Origin: Syntrophorhabdales bacterium
GTDB lineage: Bacteria; Desulfobacterota; Syntrophorhabdia; Syntrophorhabdales; WCHB1-27
DNA length: 64,000 bases
NCBI GenBank assembly: GCA_035315185.1
Contig: DATFYE010000027.1
Location: forward strand, 4,021-68,020
Direction: 5' to 3'
Position 1 is the first letter of the stretch; every line of letters begins with the position of its first letter. Position numbers and translations under genes: made by a program. The notes under the pieces are model-generated. The model ran no database searches, was not told the origin of the DNA, and saw only the letters and a program-made list of their open reading frames with translations. This document shows positions 1-9,646 of this stretch, piece by piece.

Positions 1-910
1 TCTCTGCGAACTCTGTGGGCTCTGTGTGAGACAAAGTCGTGCCGGGGAAATCGGCGAGGTGGGCTTCTACGGCGCATGCCGCAGCGCCACGGTTGAGATT
101 CGCTTTCAGCAAGAAACAGAGAAACAGGACCTGCGCGAGGACAACAAAAACGCCTACCCATGCGAGTCCGTACTGTCTGATCGAAAAGGTAACGGACAAA
201 TTAAAGAGGAGCACGCCGAAGTAAAGGGAAGGACCGATCACGTAACACCATATGAATCTTCGTCCGTACCAGTCCACTGCTCGCTTCTTTTCCATGAACC
301 TGTCCATGGTCTGAAGCACCCAGATCAGGACGAATCCGACGAGAAACCATCCGACAAAATTGGCTATGGGAACGCCGAAATAGAGGCCGGGTTCCGGGTA
401 CCCGTAAATCTGACCGAGGAACCATCTATCACCCCTCAACGCCACAGGGTCGATGATTACGTCGAGCAATACAAAGAAAAGCGCTCCGAGAAGTCTTGCT
501 TCCCGGGAATATCTGATCTTTTTCGTCTCCAGAAGATAGAGCGTCGGGCCCGTACGCAGAACAGGCGAGGCAGCCGCGAGCGCCATCGAGTAGCTCGCCC
601 ACGCAAGGAACACGAAGCTCATCGAGTCCATGAAGGGAACACCCATGAACCACAGCTCTTTGCCCTTGGTCGTGTCGATGTAGTAATACGATCCGAACGG
701 GATGCCGTTATGGATGGAAGAGAATTCTGAAAGCCATGCAACGAGATAACCGGCGATGGCAAAGAGTAGGGCTCTCTTAACTCCCATGTGCATGGAGCAG
801 CCGAAGAGGTAGGTGAGAAAAAAGAGGACGAAATAGGGCCTCATTAGAATGGTATTGATGATCTGCCAAGGGATCGATTCTGTCCCGGACATCCAGGGCA
901 TCCAGAACAT
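1..910 (-). CDS. Polytopic membrane protein, DUF422/CruF-like (carotenoid 1,2-hydratase family); C-terminus runs off the window
   Basis: The minus-strand frame is open from the ATG at 910-908 to base 1. It is missing from the ORF track because no stop lies in the window. My translation MFWMPWMSGTESIPWQIINTILMRPYFVLFFLTYLF...GYPEPGLYFGVPIANFVGWFLVGFVLIW is multi-TM. The ATG overlaps the hpnH stop (TGATG). The + ORF 26..730 is its antisense shadow. Confidence 0.55.
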   Translation of the reverse strand, partial: MFWMPWMSGTESIPWQIINTILMRPYFVLFFLTYLFGCSMHMGVKRALLFAIAGYLVAWLSEFSSIHNGIPFGSYYYIDTTKGKELWFMGVPFMDSMSFVFLAWASYSMALAAASPVLRTGPTLYLLETKKIRYSREARLLGALFFVLLDVIIDPVALRGDRWFLGQIYGYPEPGLYFGVPIANFVGWFLVGFVLIWVLQTMDRFMEKKRAVDWYGRRFIWCYVIGPSLYFGVLLFNLSVTFSIRQYGLAWVGVFVVLAQVLFLCFLLKANLNRGAAACAVEAHLADFPGTTLSHTEPTEFAE

Positions 911-1917
911 CAACGCGGACACCTGAAGTTCCAGAGGGCAAGCCTGAGGAGGTCGCGCGGATTCGAAAAAGCATTTCTCATGGCCGTGGCTTCAAATCCG
1001 CTGTGTACCATGCAGTTCCGGCACCTCGGATCCTCGCCTGACTCATATTTCTGCCAATCTGTCTTTTTCATCAACTCCTTGAACGACTCGCAGTACGCGT
1101 CCGTTATCAGGTAGCACGGCGATTTCCACCCCAAAGGGTTTCGTGTCGGGTTGCCCCACGGCGTGCAACGCATATGCCTTGTGCCCTGCAGGAAGTCGAT
1201 GTACATGGGCGTGCTCATGAAGGGGTACCTGTCGAATAGATGCTTCATGCGCATGAACTTTTCAGCAGCCTCTTCCCTGGTCAAGAATATGTTCTCCGCT
1301 ACGCTCTGATAGGTGAACGCCGGAGAAATCAGGATGCCGTCTATATTGATACTCGTGAGCAGCGCAAAGAGCTGCTCCAACTCTTCGGTGTCCGCGTATT
1401 TGTAGACGGATGTGTTGGTACAGACCCTGAAACCCTTCTCCTTTGCTTTCCTGATAGCCTCAATAGCTGTTTGGAATGTCCCGCTCCGACCGGCTATACG
1501 GTCGTGCGTCTGCTCCATGCCGTCGAGATGGAAGTTGAGGCTTAGACGTGGGTGCGGGCGAAAATCCTCGACGAGCGACCGTGCCAGAAGGCCATTGGTG
1601 CAAAGATAGACATATCGCTGCATGCGAAGCAGTTTTTCAACAAGTGAACCAACCTGCTCATACAAGAGCGGCTCGCCCCCGGTCACCGTAACCACCGGGG
1701 CGCCTGATTCCCCTGCAGCGTCGACGCACTCGTCCAGGGAAAGGTCGCGCATGTGTGTTTCAGCGTTGAGCCTTATCCTGTCGCAGCCTGCGCAGGCAAG
1801 GTTGCACCGGTGCGTGGGTTCGAGCATCAGTACCAGAGGGAATCTTTTTCCTCCCCTGAGGCTGTTTTTTATAAAGGAAAGTGCAAGCGACTTGTACAGA
1901 CCGGCTGGAAAACGCAT
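910..1917 (-). CDS. hpnH: Adenosylhopane synthase, radical SAM (HpnH)
   Basis: 335 aa. Radical-SAM CxxxCxxC (HRCNLACAGCDR) follows an ...GKRFPLVLMLEPT N-terminus typical of HpnH. It lies in an hpn operon with shc. Confidence 0.88.
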   Translation of the reverse strand: MRFPAGLYKSLALSFIKNSLRGGKRFPLVLMLEPTHRCNLACAGCDRIRLNAETHMRDLSLDECVDAAGESGAPVVTVTGGEPLLYEQVGSLVEKLLRMQRYVYLCTNGLLARSLVEDFRPHPRLSLNFHLDGMEQTHDRIAGRSGTFQTAIEAIRKAKEKGFRVCTNTSVYKYADTEELEQLFALLTSINIDGILISPAFTYQSVAENIFLTREEAAEKFMRMKHLFDRYPFMSTPMYIDFLQGTRHMRCTPWGNPTRNPLGWKSPCYLITDAYCESFKELMKKTDWQKYESGEDPRCRNCMVHSGFEATAMRNAFSNPRDLLRLALWNFRCPR

Positions 1918-1928
1918 AGCAGAACGGG

Positions 1929-2765
1929 CTATGGCACTCGATCAATCATCGATCTTGCCTCTCTTTTCTCGGCAAGAAAGCGCAAAGCCGCATCCAGCTC
2001 CTCAATCGGCAACTGGGTGTTCTTGCATGGACCCTGGGGTCGCCTGTTCGGTATCGCAAGGACCGGTATTCTTTCGGCCACGTCTTTGAGCCCGCTGATC
2101 AAGTCTCTCTCGCATGCAATCGCCAGTATCACGGTTGGCCGGTGCTCCTGTATCGCCTTTCTGGCCTCTTCTCCGCCTGACGCTGTCACGGTCTTTGCCT
2201 CGGTCCCGCCGAGCCTGTCGAGAATCTGGCTCCTCGTGGCCCTTTCCAGGCATCTCGGCAGGAGAACCAGGAGCCTCTCGGCACTGAGACGATCGGGAGA
2301 AGCTTTCAGCACGCTATTGTGCACCTTGATAAAGGAATTGGAGACCCTGTCCCTGCTTATGCCGAACTTCCTTCCCAGCCAGACGCTCTTCGGAAGCAGT
2401 GCAAGCAGGGTCCTCTCCGTCAAGACATAGGGCAGCAATGACTTTCTGAATTTGGCCACGGAAATGGCCTCGGCCGCGACCATCATCAGGATAAGAATTG
2501 AGAATCCCTCGACGCACCATTCCAGCGCGACGGAAACTGCGGGGATAACCTGCTCGATCCTTGGCTTCACCAGATACCAGCCCACATTGAGTAACACAAT
2601 AAGGAAGAAGAATATGACTCCGGCCAGTATGAGAAATGTGGCCGTTGACTCGTTTGCCTCGGTTTCGGCCGGTCCGGCATCGCCTCTCCAATCTGTCCAC
2701 TCGTCTCCCAGCTTCCTGTCTGCAGGCTTGGCCAGGTTGCCCTCTCGGGTATCAGGCATCTGCAC
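1929..2765 (-). CDS. DUF116-family membrane protein embedded in the hopanoid operon
   Basis: 278 aa. N-terminal TM helices, then a C-terminal ...TVILAIACERDLISGLKDVAERIPVLAIPNRRPQGPC region typical of DUF116. It overlaps hpnA by 14 nt. Confidence 0.55.
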   Translation of the reverse strand: MQMPDTREGNLAKPADRKLGDEWTDWRGDAGPAETEANESTATFLILAGVIFFFLIVLLNVGWYLVKPRIEQVIPAVSVALEWCVEGFSILILMMVAAEAISVAKFRKSLLPYVLTERTLLALLPKSVWLGRKFGISRDRVSNSFIKVHNSVLKASPDRLSAERLLVLLPRCLERATRSQILDRLGGTEAKTVTASGGEEARKAIQEHRPTVILAIACERDLISGLKDVAERIPVLAIPNRRPQGPCKNTQLPIEELDAALRFLAEKREARSMIDRVP

Positions 2766-3771
2766 CTCCCGAAAATCGATTCCTCACGTAGCCTCGTTCA
2801 CAATACCAGTTGATCGCCTGTCCCATCGCCCTTTCAACCGAAGCCTGTGGTATCCCCAGACTCTGTACCGCCTTCGAGCAGTCGAAGTACATGTGATTCT
2901 TCGCCATCTTAACACCCGTTAGAGGAATCGTCGGAGCAGCATGTCTGATCCATGTGGAGACAGCCTCATCGACATAAGCAGCCAAGAGTACCGGCACGTA
3001 AGGGAGCTTCACACGCGGAGGCTTACGGTTGCTCATGCGGCCGAGGATGCCTAAAAACTCACCTAGGCTCATATTGCGGTTACCCAGAATGTAGCGTTCG
3101 CCGGGTTTACCGTGCTGTGACGCGAGCCAGTGGCCAAGGCCTACCTCACCGACGTCAACGAAGTTGAGACCTGTATCTATGAATGCCGGCATTCTGCCGT
3201 TGAGAAAGTCTACAATGATTTTTCCCGTCGGCGTTGGTTTTCTGTCCATGGACCCGACCGGTGTAGTGGGATTGACAATGACAACGGGAAGGCCTTTGCT
3301 GACGAATGCCTGCACTTGCTGCTCGGCAAGGAACTTGGACTTCTTGTAGTGACCAACCATGTCAGAGAGATCCACCGGTGTATCCTCGCAACACACAGCG
3401 TTTCGGCTCTTTTTCGGAACCAGGGTCCCTGCTGAACTGGTGTAGACAATCTTCTCCGTGCCTGCTTCCAGCGCCGCCTCCATCACGTTCACGGTGCCCC
3501 GAACGTTTGTCTCATACATAGTCCTGGGGTCCGGTACCCAGAGCCTGTAATCGGCGGCCACATGGTAAAGCTGCGCGCAGCCTTTGAGCGCCCTGCGCAC
3601 TGACTCATAATCCCTGACGTCCCCCGTGACCAGTTCCACAGCAAGCCGTGAAAGGTCAGAAGTATCACTTCCTGCTCTCACCAGTGCGCGGACTTCAACC
3701 CCCTTTTCCTGCAAGGTCTTTGCCACGTGAAATCCCACGAACCCGGTGGCGCCCGTCACGAGAGCTTTCAT
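2752..3771 (-). CDS. hpnA: Hopanoid-associated NAD-dependent sugar epimerase/dehydratase (HpnA)
   Basis: 339 aa. Rossmann motif GATGFVG and extended-SDR architecture. It overlaps shc by 4 nt. Confidence 0.8.
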   Translation of the reverse strand: MKALVTGATGFVGFHVAKTLQEKGVEVRALVRAGSDTSDLSRLAVELVTGDVRDYESVRRALKGCAQLYHVAADYRLWVPDPRTMYETNVRGTVNVMEAALEAGTEKIVYTSSAGTLVPKKSRNAVCCEDTPVDLSDMVGHYKKSKFLAEQQVQAFVSKGLPVVIVNPTTPVGSMDRKPTPTGKIIVDFLNGRMPAFIDTGLNFVDVGEVGLGHWLASQHGKPGERYILGNRNMSLGEFLGILGRMSNRKPPRVKLPYVPVLLAAYVDEAVSTWIRHAAPTIPLTGVKMAKNHMYFDCSKAVQSLGIPQASVERAMGQAINWYCERGYVRNRFSGGADA

Positions 3772-5747
3772 GGTCCGTCTTCCTCAACGGTGAAGCGTGA
3801 TATGAACTTCCCGAGCGCCATGAGCGGGAAGCAGTTTCTGTAATTGTGGTAGTTTATCATGAAGTATCTGGGAAAGCCCGTTGCGGTGAACTCAGGTTCA
3901 TCCCACGTACCATCCGGCTTTTGCCGTTCGAGCAGAAAGGATATGCCTCGTGTCACCTCTTCGCACGCTTCTTCTCCGGCAGCGAGCAAGGCCATGATGA
4001 CCCATGCTGTTTGCGATGGTGTGCTCTTTCCCTGCAATCTCAAGCGCGGGTCTTCGTAGGATTCACAGCATTCTCCCCAGCCGCCGTCTTCGTTTTGGTG
4101 ACGCTTTAGTGTGGCAACCGCCTTCCTCACGTAAGGCGCGTCCATCTCTTCCCCTATTGAGCGAAGACCTTCGAGCACGGACCAGGTCCCGTAACCGTAG
4201 TTCACGCCCCATCTCCCCCACCAGAGACCGTCTTCCTCCTGTGTCTTTTTCAGGAATGCAAGTGCCTGTTGTACCTCGGCATCGTTTGGCCCGTAGCCGA
4301 ACATGCCCAGCAATTCCAGAGCCCTTCCTGTCACGTCAGGGGTACTGGGGTCGAGCATCGCCTGGAGGTCTGCAAAAGGTATCTGGTTGGCGATCTCTTT
4401 ATTATTGTCCGCGTCGAAGGCACTCCAGCCGCCATCTTTTCCCTGCATGCCGAGCACCCAGCGTAATCCCCACTCGAGCTTCTCCGTGCTGACAAGACCG
4501 CTTTTTCTGTAACGGTTCAGGAACATCATGACCACTGCAGTGTCGTCCACATCGGGTTGCCAGTCATTTTCAAACTCAAACGACCATCCGCCCGGCTCCA
4601 GGTTTGGTCTCTTCACGCTCCAGTCACCCTTTCTGAGAATCTGCTTGGAGGAAAGCCATCTGCAGGCTTTTGTCAGTGAGCTGCGATCTTCGTCTACCCC
4701 TGAGTGAAGCAGCGCAAGTGCGGTCAAGGCCGTGTCCCAGACCGGGGATACGCATGATTGAAGCAGAAGCTCATCCTCAGTTTCGATCGTGAACCTCTTG
4801 AGGGCCTCAAAGCCCTTCTGCACGGGTCCATGAGCGGGCCCGTCAACAGCGCCATAGCCCAGGCTGACGAGCGCCAACATCGAATTCACGATTGCAGGCT
4901 GTATGCCCAGCCAGTCACCGCGCTCCTCCTGATGCTCCAGCACCCATGTTTTGGCCATCTGCAGGGCTCGCTTCCTGAAGGGTCTCAAGCCGGTTGCTTC
5001 GACTGCCTTGATCAACTTGTCCAGGATGACAAAAAATCTTTTCCAGGAGAGGAACGGAGTCGGCCCGGTCGTGAGCGATGGCCGACGGTCAAAGGGGTTC
5101 TTGTACAGTTCCCGAATGGCCACATGTTCAGGAAGAGGTTTCACCGGCCTCAGATGGAGGAGTATTGAAAGAGGCACGACTGTACCCCTCGCCCAGGCAG
5201 ACATATTGTAAATGTTAAGGGGCGCCCAGTGGGGAAGAAGCATTATCTCCACAGGCACCGAGGGCACGGCCTGCCAGCCCATCTGGCCAAAGAGGGCGAG
5301 AAAAACTTTTGTGAAAACCCTTGAGCGCTCGACACCACCTTGTGCAAGAATAAATTGCCGCGCTTTTTTCAGAGCAGGGTCTTCGGCTGAGAACCCCGCC
5401 AGTTTTAGCGCGAAATACGCCTCGACCGTGGTGCTCAAGTCGCCCTTTCCACCATAATGTATTGCCCACGTGCCGTCGTCTCTCTGATGGCGCAAAATAT
5501 ACCGTGCGATCCTTCTGTCCCGCTCCTCGTCTTTGATGCCGACGAAGTGAAAGAGCATCAGGTATTCTGCAGTTATGGTTACGTTCGACTCCAGTTCATA
5601 CCACCAATAGCCATCCGGCTGCTGCTCAGCCACATAATAAGCCTGGGTCTTCCTGCAGGCCTGCGCGATCAGGTCGAACAGATCGCTACTGTGGGAAGGA
5701 GATACGCGTTCGCGAGCCGTCGAAGGCCGGATGGGCACTATCTTCAT
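3768..5747 (-). CDS. shc: Squalene-hopene cyclase
   Basis: 659 aa. Catalytic DVDDTA motif and several QW repeats (QRDDGTW, QNEDGGWGE, QKPDGTWDE). Confidence 0.95.
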   Translation of the reverse strand: MKIVPIRPSTARERVSPSHSSDLFDLIAQACRKTQAYYVAEQQPDGYWWYELESNVTITAEYLMLFHFVGIKDEERDRRIARYILRHQRDDGTWAIHYGGKGDLSTTVEAYFALKLAGFSAEDPALKKARQFILAQGGVERSRVFTKVFLALFGQMGWQAVPSVPVEIMLLPHWAPLNIYNMSAWARGTVVPLSILLHLRPVKPLPEHVAIRELYKNPFDRRPSLTTGPTPFLSWKRFFVILDKLIKAVEATGLRPFRKRALQMAKTWVLEHQEERGDWLGIQPAIVNSMLALVSLGYGAVDGPAHGPVQKGFEALKRFTIETEDELLLQSCVSPVWDTALTALALLHSGVDEDRSSLTKACRWLSSKQILRKGDWSVKRPNLEPGGWSFEFENDWQPDVDDTAVVMMFLNRYRKSGLVSTEKLEWGLRWVLGMQGKDGGWSAFDADNNKEIANQIPFADLQAMLDPSTPDVTGRALELLGMFGYGPNDAEVQQALAFLKKTQEEDGLWWGRWGVNYGYGTWSVLEGLRSIGEEMDAPYVRKAVATLKRHQNEDGGWGECCESYEDPRLRLQGKSTPSQTAWVIMALLAAGEEACEEVTRGISFLLERQKPDGTWDEPEFTATGFPRYFMINYHNYRNCFPLMALGKFISRFTVEEDGP

Positions 5748-6649
5748 TTTCTCATCTCCTGGAGGCCTTGCGTGTCGATAGCCCCGAGAAGCTCGCTATA
5801 GCCTGTGCATGCTAAACCAAGTGATGCTGCGGCCTCGCGTATATTCACAGAAATCAACGCTTCGGTTTCCCGCCGACCGGCTTCCGTCGCAAGATCCGGG
5901 TGGGCATAAATCTCATTGGTAACGCCCCTGAGCAAAGGAAGAAGGTCACGAAAATATTTCTCATCGAGCTTCGATGCTCCGCCTTTCCTCGAAAGTCCCA
6001 CGACGTAGGAGGCGGTTTTGAGCCCGTATTCAGACGCTATCTTCAGATTACGGACCGCCAGCATGCGGAACGCAGCCCACTCGGCCAACCTGCGAGCGCC
6101 AATCGACAGGCCGGCGCAGGCGAGTACTGCTAGAGATTCTCTCGGAATTCTTACCCAGGCTACCTGCCTTCTTGCGGCAGCCCTGCAGACGAGTTCGAAG
6201 ATAGCGGGGTGCATGTGCAGGTGATGATGACCATCCACGTGGGTCGGTGAGATTCCTGCCTCCTGGAGGCGATTGAACTGCGCTTCGATCTCTGCCTCGA
6301 TCTCGCACGTGAGCTGTCGCCTCAATCTCCAGTAACGCAACCCCGCACGCAAGGGGCTTTTTACGAACCAGCCCTCCCGGTCGATCAAACCCGGTATGTC
6401 AGAAGGCGCTAAGACCGCCCGGCCATCGCATAACGTAACGTGCAGACCTACGGAAAGTGCGGGACGGACGCGAGCCAACGTGGCTGCCTCTTCGAACGCG
6501 TCACCGCCGGCCATGAGGCTCGCGGCCGTCAAGAATCCCCGGTCAAATGCCCTGGCAACAGCACGGTTCACGAGGCTTGAACGGCCAAGATCATCCGCGA
6601 CGACAACGAGATATCTGTCCCTTCGTTTTAGAGCTGTCCGGTTCATCAT
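5744..6649 (-). CDS. hpnK: Hopanoid biosynthesis protein HpnK (YdjC/ChbG-type deacetylase)
   Basis: 301 aa. YdjC-like VVVADDLGRSSLVNRAV...THVDGHHHLH. It has 4-nt overlaps with hpnJ and shc. Confidence 0.75.
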   Translation of the reverse strand: MMNRTALKRRDRYLVVVADDLGRSSLVNRAVARAFDRGFLTAASLMAGGDAFEEAATLARVRPALSVGLHVTLCDGRAVLAPSDIPGLIDREGWFVKSPLRAGLRYWRLRRQLTCEIEAEIEAQFNRLQEAGISPTHVDGHHHLHMHPAIFELVCRAAARRQVAWVRIPRESLAVLACAGLSIGARRLAEWAAFRMLAVRNLKIASEYGLKTASYVVGLSRKGGASKLDEKYFRDLLPLLRGVTNEIYAHPDLATEAGRRETEALISVNIREAAASLGLACTGYSELLGAIDTQGLQEMRK

Positions 6650-8067
6650 CTGGCTGTCATCTCTTTTCGTTTCGCAAGGAATGAAAAAAACTCTTTCCCT
6701 TCTCGCACCCTTCGACGGAAGAGATCCCTGTCCCGAAGCATCTCACCAAGTATCCTCAACACAGGTCGGGTGCGCAGGTAGAAGGCCCGGTAAAAACGAT
6801 CCACAGCGCAGAACATTTCTTCAGATGATAGATTCCCGTACGAAAGAACGGAATCCTGAATCCCCTCTCGTACGAGCCGATCTCCTTCTTTGACCAGCCA
6901 TCCTTCTTTTTTTGCCTGCTCGTAAAGCTCTGTACCCGGATACGGTGCGGCGAGAGAAACCTGCACGCTATAAGGGTCAATCTCACGAGCAAATCGGATG
7001 GTTTCTTCGATTGTTTGTGCACTCTCACCGGGTAATCCGAGCACAAAGGTCCCGTGTACCAGGATGCCCAACTCCTTGGCAGCTTTGACGAAGGCACGCG
7101 CCTGGTCGAGGCGCACACCTTTTCTGACGTTGTTGAGGATCTTCTGATTACCTGACTCAAATCCCACCACGAGAAGACGCAGCCCGTTCTCCTTAAGTAC
7201 TTTGAGGGTCTCCTTCGGAACCGAGACCCTTGCATTGCACGACCACACGATGCCGAGACGGCCCATAAGTCGCGCTATCTCGAGGATGTGAGGATTGTCT
7301 GTAAAAGTGTCATCGTCAAAGAAATACTCCTTCGCCTGCGGAAACAGACGCTTCGCCCCCTGCATCTCCTCGTAAAGGTTTTGAGGAGTTCGGACCCTGT
7401 AAACGTGCCCTGAGATGGTTTGCGGCCACAAGCAAAAGGTGCAGCGTGACCGGCAGCCTCTGCCCGCGTAAAGAGACACGTAAGGATGCTGCAGATAACC
7501 TATGAAGTAATCTTCAGGCCTGAGGTCCCTCGCGTAAATTTCTGTGACGAAAGGAAGTGCATCTAGGTTCTCAATGAAAGGCCTCGGTGGAGTACGAAGT
7601 ATGTTTCCGTTGGTGCGGTACGCTATCCCATTTACCCTTTCGAGAGGAGTGCCGTGCGCAATTTCGGCCACGGTGTAATCGAATTCGCCGATAGCGACGA
7701 AATCAACAGCTCTGGACTGCCGCAGGGTCTCTTCGGGCAGGACCGTGGGATGTGACCCGACGAACCCTACAAGGAGCTGCGGAAAATGATTCTTTAAGCT
7801 CTCGGCGACTTTGGCATCATTTGCCAGGGTAGGGGTACTGGTGTGAAGGATGATGAGGTCGTAGTCTCCCGCCAGTCGGACGACTTCGTCGAGGCCAATT
7901 CCCTGGGCCGACGCATCGAGCAAACGACTGCGCGCCAGCATTCCCGCTGGATAGGCCAACCATGTGGGATACCAGAATGACCGGATTTCGCGGCGCGCCT
8001 GATAGCGGGCGCCTGCACTACCATCAAATCCGTCAAATGACGGAGGATTCAAAAACAATGTCCGCAC
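6646..8067 (-). CDS. hpnJ: Hopanoid biosynthesis B12-binding radical SAM protein HpnJ
   Basis: 473 aa with a GTG start. The N-terminus RTLFLNPPSFDGFDGSAGARYQARREIRSFWYPTWLAYPAG and the radical-SAM site GRGCRSRCTFCLWP fit HpnJ. Confidence 0.82.
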   Translation of the reverse strand: MRTLFLNPPSFDGFDGSAGARYQARREIRSFWYPTWLAYPAGMLARSRLLDASAQGIGLDEVVRLAGDYDLIILHTSTPTLANDAKVAESLKNHFPQLLVGFVGSHPTVLPEETLRQSRAVDFVAIGEFDYTVAEIAHGTPLERVNGIAYRTNGNILRTPPRPFIENLDALPFVTEIYARDLRPEDYFIGYLQHPYVSLYAGRGCRSRCTFCLWPQTISGHVYRVRTPQNLYEEMQGAKRLFPQAKEYFFDDDTFTDNPHILEIARLMGRLGIVWSCNARVSVPKETLKVLKENGLRLLVVGFESGNQKILNNVRKGVRLDQARAFVKAAKELGILVHGTFVLGLPGESAQTIEETIRFAREIDPYSVQVSLAAPYPGTELYEQAKKEGWLVKEGDRLVREGIQDSVLSYGNLSSEEMFCAVDRFYRAFYLRTRPVLRILGEMLRDRDLFRRRVREGKEFFSFLAKRKEMTAR

Positions 8068-8290
8068 AACGTCCTCTGCTATGTAACTGTGGCCACAAAT
8101 CTTCTAAGGATGAAGAAAGGGACGCGGAAGGCTGCTCCTTTCCATCTATCTATTCTTTACCTTATGGGCAACTTTGTCAAGCCATACCAAAGCGAGAGGA
8201 CGAGAACGGCTCCGCGGGAATTGCGGGTGCGAAGGAATGATAGAGCCGGGACCTCTCGGGCAGGCAACTCGCGCAACTGGCTCAGAAGGC

Positions 8291-8473
8291 TCAGCGCTTT
8301 TTGCTCTTCTTGAGCTCCAGTTCCTGGTTGCAGCATACAAAGCTGCAAGGCCCACATTCGCAAGCGCTCGAGGGCTTGCCGCAGTCAACACACTCTTTCG
8401 TGATGGTGATTTCTATACCACAATCTTTGCAGTAGTAGACATCGCCCTTTTTCATTTCACGGCATTCCGGCAT
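8291..8473 (-). CDS. Small Cys-rich (10 Cys in 60 aa) zinc-ribbon-like metal-binding protein
   Basis: Strong RBS (GAGGAGG 8 nt upstream). CKDC, CVDC, CECGPC and CC motifs. Confidence 0.5.
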   Translation of the reverse strand: MPECREMKKGDVYYCKDCGIEITITKECVDCGKPSSACECGPCSFVCCNQELELKKSKKR

Positions 8474-8647
8474 GATTATTACCTCCTCTCAGTAGACACC
8501 GCATGACGGTATAGTATAATAAGTATCAATAATCAGACTATGGGGATGTGTCAAGGATATACGAATTTTAGATGGCAAATGCGCGGGGAAACCAGGGCAT
8601 AGATCGCACGATGCAATTCTGTCTGCGAGCAGCATGCACGGGGCGAC

Positions 8648-8663
8648 TGGCATGAGAATTGCT
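8648..8663 (+). promoter_or_regulatory. Sigma-54 (-24/-12) promoter candidate upstream of the DsbA-like gene
   Basis: TGGCAT-GAGAA-TTGCT has exact GG-N10-GC spacing. It lies ~125 nt upstream of the start codon. Confidence 0.5.
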
Positions 8664-8785
8664 GGTGCAGCAGAGATATCAGCGCAAGAAGGGGGTGGGA
8701 TGCTTCAAAAGCAGTATAATGGTACTATAATAAGTCTTTAGAATCGGCCGCCTGAGTCGATAACTTGTAGAAATAGAAAGGAGAG

Positions 8786-9646
8786 GTGTGTATGGTGAAA
8801 AAGATGGTCACGTTTGTATTGCCCATCGTTGCGATGGTAGCCTGGGCCTTATTTCCCAATGTGGTCCGGGCCGATGTCGAGTGGAAGGTTCTCAAGAGCC
8901 TCGACCTGAAGGCAGCCCCGCTCGACGTAGCTCCTTCAATGGACGGACAGCGGTTGTTTGTTCTGACAGCAGGAGAGATCCTCGTCTATTCGATTCCCGA
9001 AGGTAAAATAACTGACCACATTCCCGTAGACAAGGAGTTCGACCGCATCGTCGCCGTGCCGAGAGGAGACACGCTTTCCGTCTCAAGCAGCAAGAAAAAA
9101 ATGTTGCAGGTCATCATGCTCGAAAGCATCTACAAGATCGATGTGAGCGGCCTGCCGTTTAAGGGGCCTAAGGACGCTCCTGTCACCATTGCCGTTTATG
9201 ATGATTACCAGTGACCTTACTGTGCGGGGCTTGAGCCCCTCCTCCAGCAGGTGCTGGAGAAATTCCCGAAAGAGGTCAAACTGGTCATCAAACAGTATCC
9301 CCTTCCGATGCACTCTTATGCCAGGAAAGCGGCAATAGCAGCCCTCGCCGCCTGGAAACAGGGAAAGTTCTGGGAAATGCACCACGAGCTATTCGCAAAC
9401 CAGAAGGATCTCAGCGATGCGAAGGTGGAGGAAATCGCGAAGCGTCTCGGCCTGAAAATGGAAAAGTTTAACCAGGATCTCAAGGACCCGGCGATAGCGG
9501 CGGTCATCGACCGGGATACTGCCAGCGCTGCCCAGGCAAGCGTTCAAGGAACACCCACAGTTTTCGTAAATGGGAGACCGCTCCTTCAGCGAAGCCTTCC
9601 CGGATTCCAGCAGGCGATTGAAGCAGAGATGAAGAAAGGAAAATAG
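8786..9646 (+). CDS. Secreted DsbA-family thiol:disulfide oxidoreductase with in-frame TGA (candidate selenocysteine) at the first CxxC position
   Basis: ORFs 8786..9214 and 9251..9646 share a frame and are interrupted only by TGA at 9212-9214. The joined sequence reads VYDDYQ-U-PYCAGLEPLLQQVLEKFPKEVKLVIKQYPL...GKFWEMHHELFANQ...GTPTVFVNG, typical of the DsbA family. A signal peptide is present. The true start is probably ATG 8792. Confidence 0.75.
9226..9257 (+). promoter_or_regulatory. Candidate bacterial SECIS hairpins downstream of UGA 9212
   Basis: GGGGC-TTGA-GCCCC (9226-9239) and CCAGC-AGGT-GCTGG (9244-9257) start 12 and 30 nt after the UGA. Confidence 0.35.

Noticed and set aside
26-730. 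234-aa plus-strand ORF at the left edge
   Set aside because: It is charged and low-complexity with no RBS. It lies exactly antisense to an open, strongly hydrophobic minus-strand frame (the DUF422-like gene) that the ORF track misses because that frame has no stop in the window.
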